A DNA stretch of 48,000 nt from Mastigocoleus sp. MO_188.B34 (lineage in GTDB: Bacteria > Cyanobacteriota > Cyanobacteriia > Cyanobacteriales > Nostocaceae), in the NCBI RefSeq assembly GCF_030065675.1, contig NZ_JASJDK010000028.1:1-48000 (forward strand). The letters run 5' to 3'. Numbering within the stretch: position 1 is the first letter of the stretch; each line of letters starts with the position of its first letter. This document shows positions 44,601 to 48,000 of this stretch, piece after piece. The notes beneath the pieces are model-generated. The model was not told where the DNA came from. It saw only the letters and a list, made by a program, of their open reading frames with translations, and made no database searches. A program made the position numbers and the translations under genes.

Positions 44601-46983
44601 TGCTGGTGATAATTATATTCCCGGACCATTCTTCGGTGCTGCTGGCGATCGCTCTTTGCGTACTCCCTTACAAGAGTTTTACAAAGAGTTCTTTGATATA
44701 AATGGTTTAACCAATATTCGTGAAGGTGTCGGTCGCGTTGATATGTCAATTATGAACGCAATTGGCTTTGACGCTTCAGCAGTTGGAAACCACGAATTTG
44801 ACGCAGGAACTAATGCTTTTGGCGATATCATCGGTACTGATATTCGCGGAACTACTTTAGATGATGCTCGTTGGTTGGGTGCTCAGTTCCCTTACCTCAG
44901 CGCTAACTTAGACTTCTCTGGTGATAGCAATCTTGCTAATTTATACACTGAAGAAATATTACCCAACACAGATTTCCAATCTCTCCCCACCGATCTAGAT
45001 GCTGCAGCAAAAGCACCTAAAATTGCTCCTGCAACAATCATTGAAGAAAATGGCGAAAAAATTGGTGTTGTTGGTGCGACAACCCAATTAGTAGAAACTA
45101 TTTCTTCTACTGGTGGTGTTGATGTCATTGACCCAGAATCGAATGATATGGCTGAATTAGCAAAAATTCTTCAGCCTACTATTGATAAGCTGATTGCTGA
45201 TGGTATTAACAAGGTTATTGTAGTCAGCCACTTACAACAGATTGCTCTGGAAAAAGAATTAATTGGTTTACTTTCTGGAGTAGACGTAATTATTGCTGGA
45301 GGTTCGGATACACTCCAAGCAGATAGTACTGATAGCTTACGGGAAGGAGATACCGCAGCAGAAGGTTATCCTGTCAAAACCACTAATAAAGATGGCGAAC
45401 CTGCAGTTATCGTCAGTACCGATGGAGAATATTCCTACGTCGGTCGTTTGGTAGTTGACTTTGACCTTCAAGGTAAAGTTATTCTTGACAGCATTGATGA
45501 AAATGTCAGTGGTGCTTATGCTACCGATGACCAAGGTGTTGCTGATGTCTATGGTGAAGATGCTGCAAATGCATTCGCTGAAGGCTCCAAAGGTGCACAA
45601 GTTAAAGCCTTGACCGAGGCGGTTGAAGCTGTAGTTACTGCAAATGATGGCATTATTTTCGGTAAAACCGATGTTTTCTTAGAGGGAAGACGCTCGGAAG
45701 TTCGCACCCAAGAAACTAACTTGGGTAACTTGACTGCTGATGCAAATTTAGCTGCAGCAAAGAAAGCTGATAATTCAGTAGTAATATCCATTAAAAATGG
45801 TGGCGGTATCAGATCTGAAATTGGTAGTGTAGATGGTACCACCGGTGACTTAGGAACAACTCTAGCAAATCTGAAAGCTGGTAAGAACGCAGGAGATATT
45901 TCTCAATTAGATCTGGAAAATTCTCTCCGCTTCAACAACGGTTTAACCCTATTAACCGTAAGTGCTCAACAACTCCTTGATATTATTGAGCACGGTGTAG
46001 CAGATAGTGGAGACGGACAAACCCCCGGACGTTTCCCCCAAGTCAGTGGTTTAGCATTCAGTTTTGATGATGACTTACCTGCTGGCGATCGCGTACAATC
46101 CTTAGCTGTTAAGGATGAAAATGGTAATTTACTCGACGTCATTGCTGAAAATGGTGAATTAGTAGGTGATGCTAACCGCACCTTCCGTATTGTTACCTTA
46201 AACTTCTTAGCTGATGGTGGTGATGGTTATCCTTTTCCTGATGGAGAAAGTGCAAACCGTGTAGACTTAGTGGTAGATGGTGCGGAACGTACTGGTCTTG
46301 CAACTGCTGCTGATGATGGTTCCGAACAAGACGCTTTGGCTGAATACTTACTTGAGAACTTCTCAACTGAACCTTTTGATGTTGCTGATGTGTCACCAGT
46401 AGAAGACGTGCGGATTCAAAATCTTGATTTCCGTGAAGATAATGTGATACCTAGCACCAACGAAATTATCAACAATTTAAACCAAACACCAATTGCAACT
46501 CAAAATAATGGTGATACCGAAGTTGAACTAATTAACCTCAGTGGTTTAACCGGTAAGGTGAAAGTTAATTACATCATCAGTAGAGAAGCAGACTTCGATA
46601 ACGAAGTTTATTTCTACAAAATTGATGATATTACTGGTAGTGTTGGTGGTGTTGGTGTTGGTAATGCAGGATATCTGCAAAATGCGTTAGACAACATTAT
46701 TTCTCCAGCATTTTCCACTAGTGACGATGGTGTAGAAATTGGAAGTGTTGAACTTGAAGCTGGTTCCTTTATCGCACCTCTAATTATTGCTGATAACACT
46801 CTAGAAGTAGCAAAAGAAGGAAATGCAAGCGTTTACTTCGCTTTCCCTGGAGCAGTCGGTGGTGATGGTTTCGACCACATTACAAAACTGAGCAATCGCA
46901 CCTTTGGTTTTGAAGATTTACCCAACGGTGGCGATCAAGACTTTAACGATATCACGATCACAATTGATAGCTTTAGCGTTTAA
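41626..46983 (+). CDS. 1785-aa multidomain phosphoesterase: choice-of-anchor-I-type beta-propeller interrupted by a phytase-like insert, then UshA-type metallophosphatase/5'-nucleotidase, then a DUF4114-like C-terminal domain
   Basis: Propeller, first part: GAEIVAHDPETQRLFVTTGD...PDMLTFTPDGMKVIVANEGEP...DPEGSISIID. Phytase-like insert: GGISGLYY..., DLEGIVIDGDGNYWMVDEYRPAIYQFD, NRGFEAIAL, KPEGLALLPDGRLAVINDNDFG. Propeller, second part: ITANEGDAR...GGRSFSIWD...GAEPESVTVG...APEGLKFIP. Metallophosphatase: LQILHASDLEGG, GDNYIPGPF, GNHEFD, VSHLQ. 5'-nucleotidase C-domain: ETNLGNLTADA, IKNGGGIRSEI, LNFLADGGDGYP. C-terminus: FGFEDLPNGGDQDFNDITITI. No signal peptide is visible at the annotated N-terminus. 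Confidence 0.85.
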   Translation: MDSNQIKLSQIGTFTSKEGAEIVAHDPETQRLFVTTGDTIEVIDITDPAKPKKVSDIDVTSIGGGANSVAVKNGIVAVAVEGNTKQDNGKVVFYNTNGELQSSVTVGPLPDMLTFTPDGMKVIVANEGEPNDTYDNDPEGSISIIDISGEVGSLTDGNVKTADFTAFNDRKQELINKGVKIFGQRADKTPSKVAEDLEPEYIAISPDGSTALVTLQENNAVAVVDIATANVVDVLPLGVKDHSKGQPTVTNYEVQGLGPIANADGLPLETPAGQTIDLGGISGLYYAGQEDDKIKFVSVPDRGPNPDTFKEDKNGDGTEDTVRPLALPDYQARIVEIELDTTTGVASVSNQIFLTRNEDGVSKPITGAPNFVFDVDGNQVDEFPVDAAGNPVELDPFGGDLEGIVIDGDGNYWMVDEYRPAIYQFDSDGVLLNRFIPEGTAALAGQAEGAFGTETLPAEYANRRRNRGFEAIALDTDEEILYSFIQTPLANPDRAASDASDVIRVLGINPVTGEPVAEYICLLEDSAVRSGGRVDKMGDAVYVGDGKFQVIERDSAVGENAKKFIFEIDLKGATNLLADDAPSLIADKTLEQHTADELVAQGINPVHKTKVTNLPSIGYQAGDKPEGLALLPDGRLAVINDNDFGLLDETIPEDGSGTVAINPNPTKTILGLIEFPEGNKLDASNRDVDGSKDAGGKINIQNHPVFGLYQPDAIDSFEVGGKTYYITANEGDARIRPDGDDILPPPNDKEGNIFNEEARIGDDEVTLDPDVFPNAEELKKNENLGRLKITNRLGDLDSDGDFDKLFSYGGRSFSIWDEVGNLVFDSGDQIAKITAEQTPELFNANDGIAEEFDERSDDKGAEPESVTVGKINGKPYGFVGLERAGGGVLVYDLSNPTAPKFVQYVRTEGDIAPEGLKFIPASESPNGNPVLAVANEESKTTTLYDIEVPNYTLQILHASDLEGGVDAIDSAANFAAIVDKFEDEVENSITLSAGDNYIPGPFFGAAGDRSLRTPLQEFYKEFFDINGLTNIREGVGRVDMSIMNAIGFDASAVGNHEFDAGTNAFGDIIGTDIRGTTLDDARWLGAQFPYLSANLDFSGDSNLANLYTEEILPNTDFQSLPTDLDAAAKAPKIAPATIIEENGEKIGVVGATTQLVETISSTGGVDVIDPESNDMAELAKILQPTIDKLIADGINKVIVVSHLQQIALEKELIGLLSGVDVIIAGGSDTLQADSTDSLREGDTAAEGYPVKTTNKDGEPAVIVSTDGEYSYVGRLVVDFDLQGKVILDSIDENVSGAYATDDQGVADVYGEDAANAFAEGSKGAQVKALTEAVEAVVTANDGIIFGKTDVFLEGRRSEVRTQETNLGNLTADANLAAAKKADNSVVISIKNGGGIRSEIGSVDGTTGDLGTTLANLKAGKNAGDISQLDLENSLRFNNGLTLLTVSAQQLLDIIEHGVADSGDGQTPGRFPQVSGLAFSFDDDLPAGDRVQSLAVKDENGNLLDVIAENGELVGDANRTFRIVTLNFLADGGDGYPFPDGESANRVDLVVDGAERTGLATAADDGSEQDALAEYLLENFSTEPFDVADVSPVEDVRIQNLDFREDNVIPSTNEIINNLNQTPIATQNNGDTEVELINLSGLTGKVKVNYIISREADFDNEVYFYKIDDITGSVGGVGVGNAGYLQNALDNIISPAFSTSDDGVEIGSVELEAGSFIAPLIIADNTLEVAKEGNASVYFAFPGAVGGDGFDHITKLSNRTFGFEDLPNGGDQDFNDITITIDSFSV

Positions 46984-47050
46984 TGAGAATTTTGAACTTA
47001 GAGACAGTATTCCGATGAATATGAGTTCTCAACTGTAGATTAAATAATAA

Positions 47051-47084
47051 AAACCTGGAGCGATGATTTGTTCCAGGTTTTTCT
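47051..47084 (+). terminator. intrinsic terminator of the giant gene
   Basis: aaacctgga (47051-47059) / tccaggttt (47072-47080), a 9-bp stem running into a T-tract, lies 68 nt after the stop codon. Confidence 0.75.
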
Positions 47085-48000
47085 ATTGTATGTATTTTAA
47101 GATTAGCTTTTTACCACATGAATTTAAGATTACAAGTATAGGGGAAGAATAGATTTTTTGATGTTCATCAAATTAATTTTCTCTTTATTAGATTTAACTC
47201 AAAAATTTAGCTATTAAATATATACATATGAATTAATCTAATTTCCAAAGAAACAACTCATAAATTTCTAGGCTTATCAATCTATAAGCTTAAAACCTAT
47301 AAGCTTACGGAATTACAGATTTCTGAACCCATAGACTTTGGCTTTTTCTTACTCTTGGCGATGTTGATACTATATGGTTCGCAGAAAATATTAATTCAAG
47401 GCTGCAAGTTTATTTTTTTTAGTTTATAATGATTGTGAGACCAAAAGTATAAAAGATACCATCCCTACTTCGGCTTACATAATCAGTAAATTTCGGCTTA
47501 CGCAATCAGTAAAACAGCTGCAGATATCCATGTGGATACATTGGTATGATTTTTGTGTTCCTCTGTAGTGTAGAGAGCTAGAATCCAGTAATGACATAAA
47601 ATATGTAGCAATTTGTTTGATTTTACAAATCAACACATAAGGTGTGACAGCTATTCATATAACAATATAAGAGCTTTATTAGTATAAATAATCAAATATT
47701 TTTGTGACAAATAAGACAATGCTTACGATATTATGTTCGTGAAAAATATTGTAAGTATAAGACTAAACTTGATTATTCATTTTTTAGTAATAAGATTAGA
47801 TGAATAAGCATTTATTAACCTGGATAATATAACTATTTTTAATGTAAAACTAATTTCAATTTGTATGAGTATAATACTATTTTTTATGTTTTTTGTAAAC
47901 CGTTCATAACAAATCAAAACTATGCTTGTAATATTAGTGTTAAGAATTACAGTTTTTAGAAGAATCTGTATTAATTATATTTTGAATTAGATTATTTATA

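Noticed and set aside
41652-46799. About a dozen 60-100-aa minus-strand ORFs within the giant gene
   Set aside because: All are embedded antisense in a single long ORF with clear domain motifs, and their composition is low-complexity.

Overview
The window looks like a chromosomal segment of a filamentous, Nostocales-like cyanobacterium. The evidence is at least a dozen exact HIP1 octamers (GCGATCGC), several small hairpin and MITE-like dispersed repeats typical of Nostoc/Anabaena genomes, long AT-rich spacers, and the gene content. Reading left to right:

- **1-429:** 3' end of pdxH.
- **499-1650:** an isolated, AT-rich gene for a Clp-fold (SDH/SppA-like) serine protease with a coiled-coil N-terminus.
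- **1831-9751:** an amino-acid catabolism neighbourhood. It holds carbamate kinase, a P-loop CPGS-like protein, gamma-glutamyltransferase, a three-gene HcnABC/LhpBEF/opine-oxidase-like flavoenzyme and an ornithine cyclodeaminase/mu-crystallin homologue.
- **9752-14600:** an AT-rich islet. It holds MITE-like repeats, two small orphan ORFs, an 813-aa protein (unknown N-terminal ~500 aa plus a 7-blade WD40 propeller) and a DUF5132-like small protein.
- **14961-24732:** a complete four-subunit sulfhydrogenase-like (group 3b-type) [NiFe]-hydrogenase locus with its own endopeptidase, a Cys-less HypA-like gene and an embedded cNMP-binding-like protein. The small and large subunit genes are separated by a 3.9-kb block of four unrelated genes.
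- **25747-28296:** a PAP/fibrillin gene and a very acidic membrane-anchored protein.
- **29311-33242:** pstSCAB.
- **34029-41130:** a cyanobacterial-type mrp cation/proton antiporter operon. Its mrpC-mrpD-promoter unit is tandemly duplicated, and the second mrpC is a pseudogene.
- **41626-46983:** a 1785-aa multidomain phosphoesterase. It is preceded, in the same reading frame, by a decayed nuclease-domain relic.

I saw no tRNA or rRNA genes, no CRISPR array, no transposase or integrase, no prophage, no recognisable canonical defence system and no biosynthetic cluster. The best candidates for new biology are the hydrogenase locus and its odd organisation, the WD40 module, and the giant phosphoesterase with its relic. 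All functional calls come from motif recognition by eye on the supplied translations; no searches were run.
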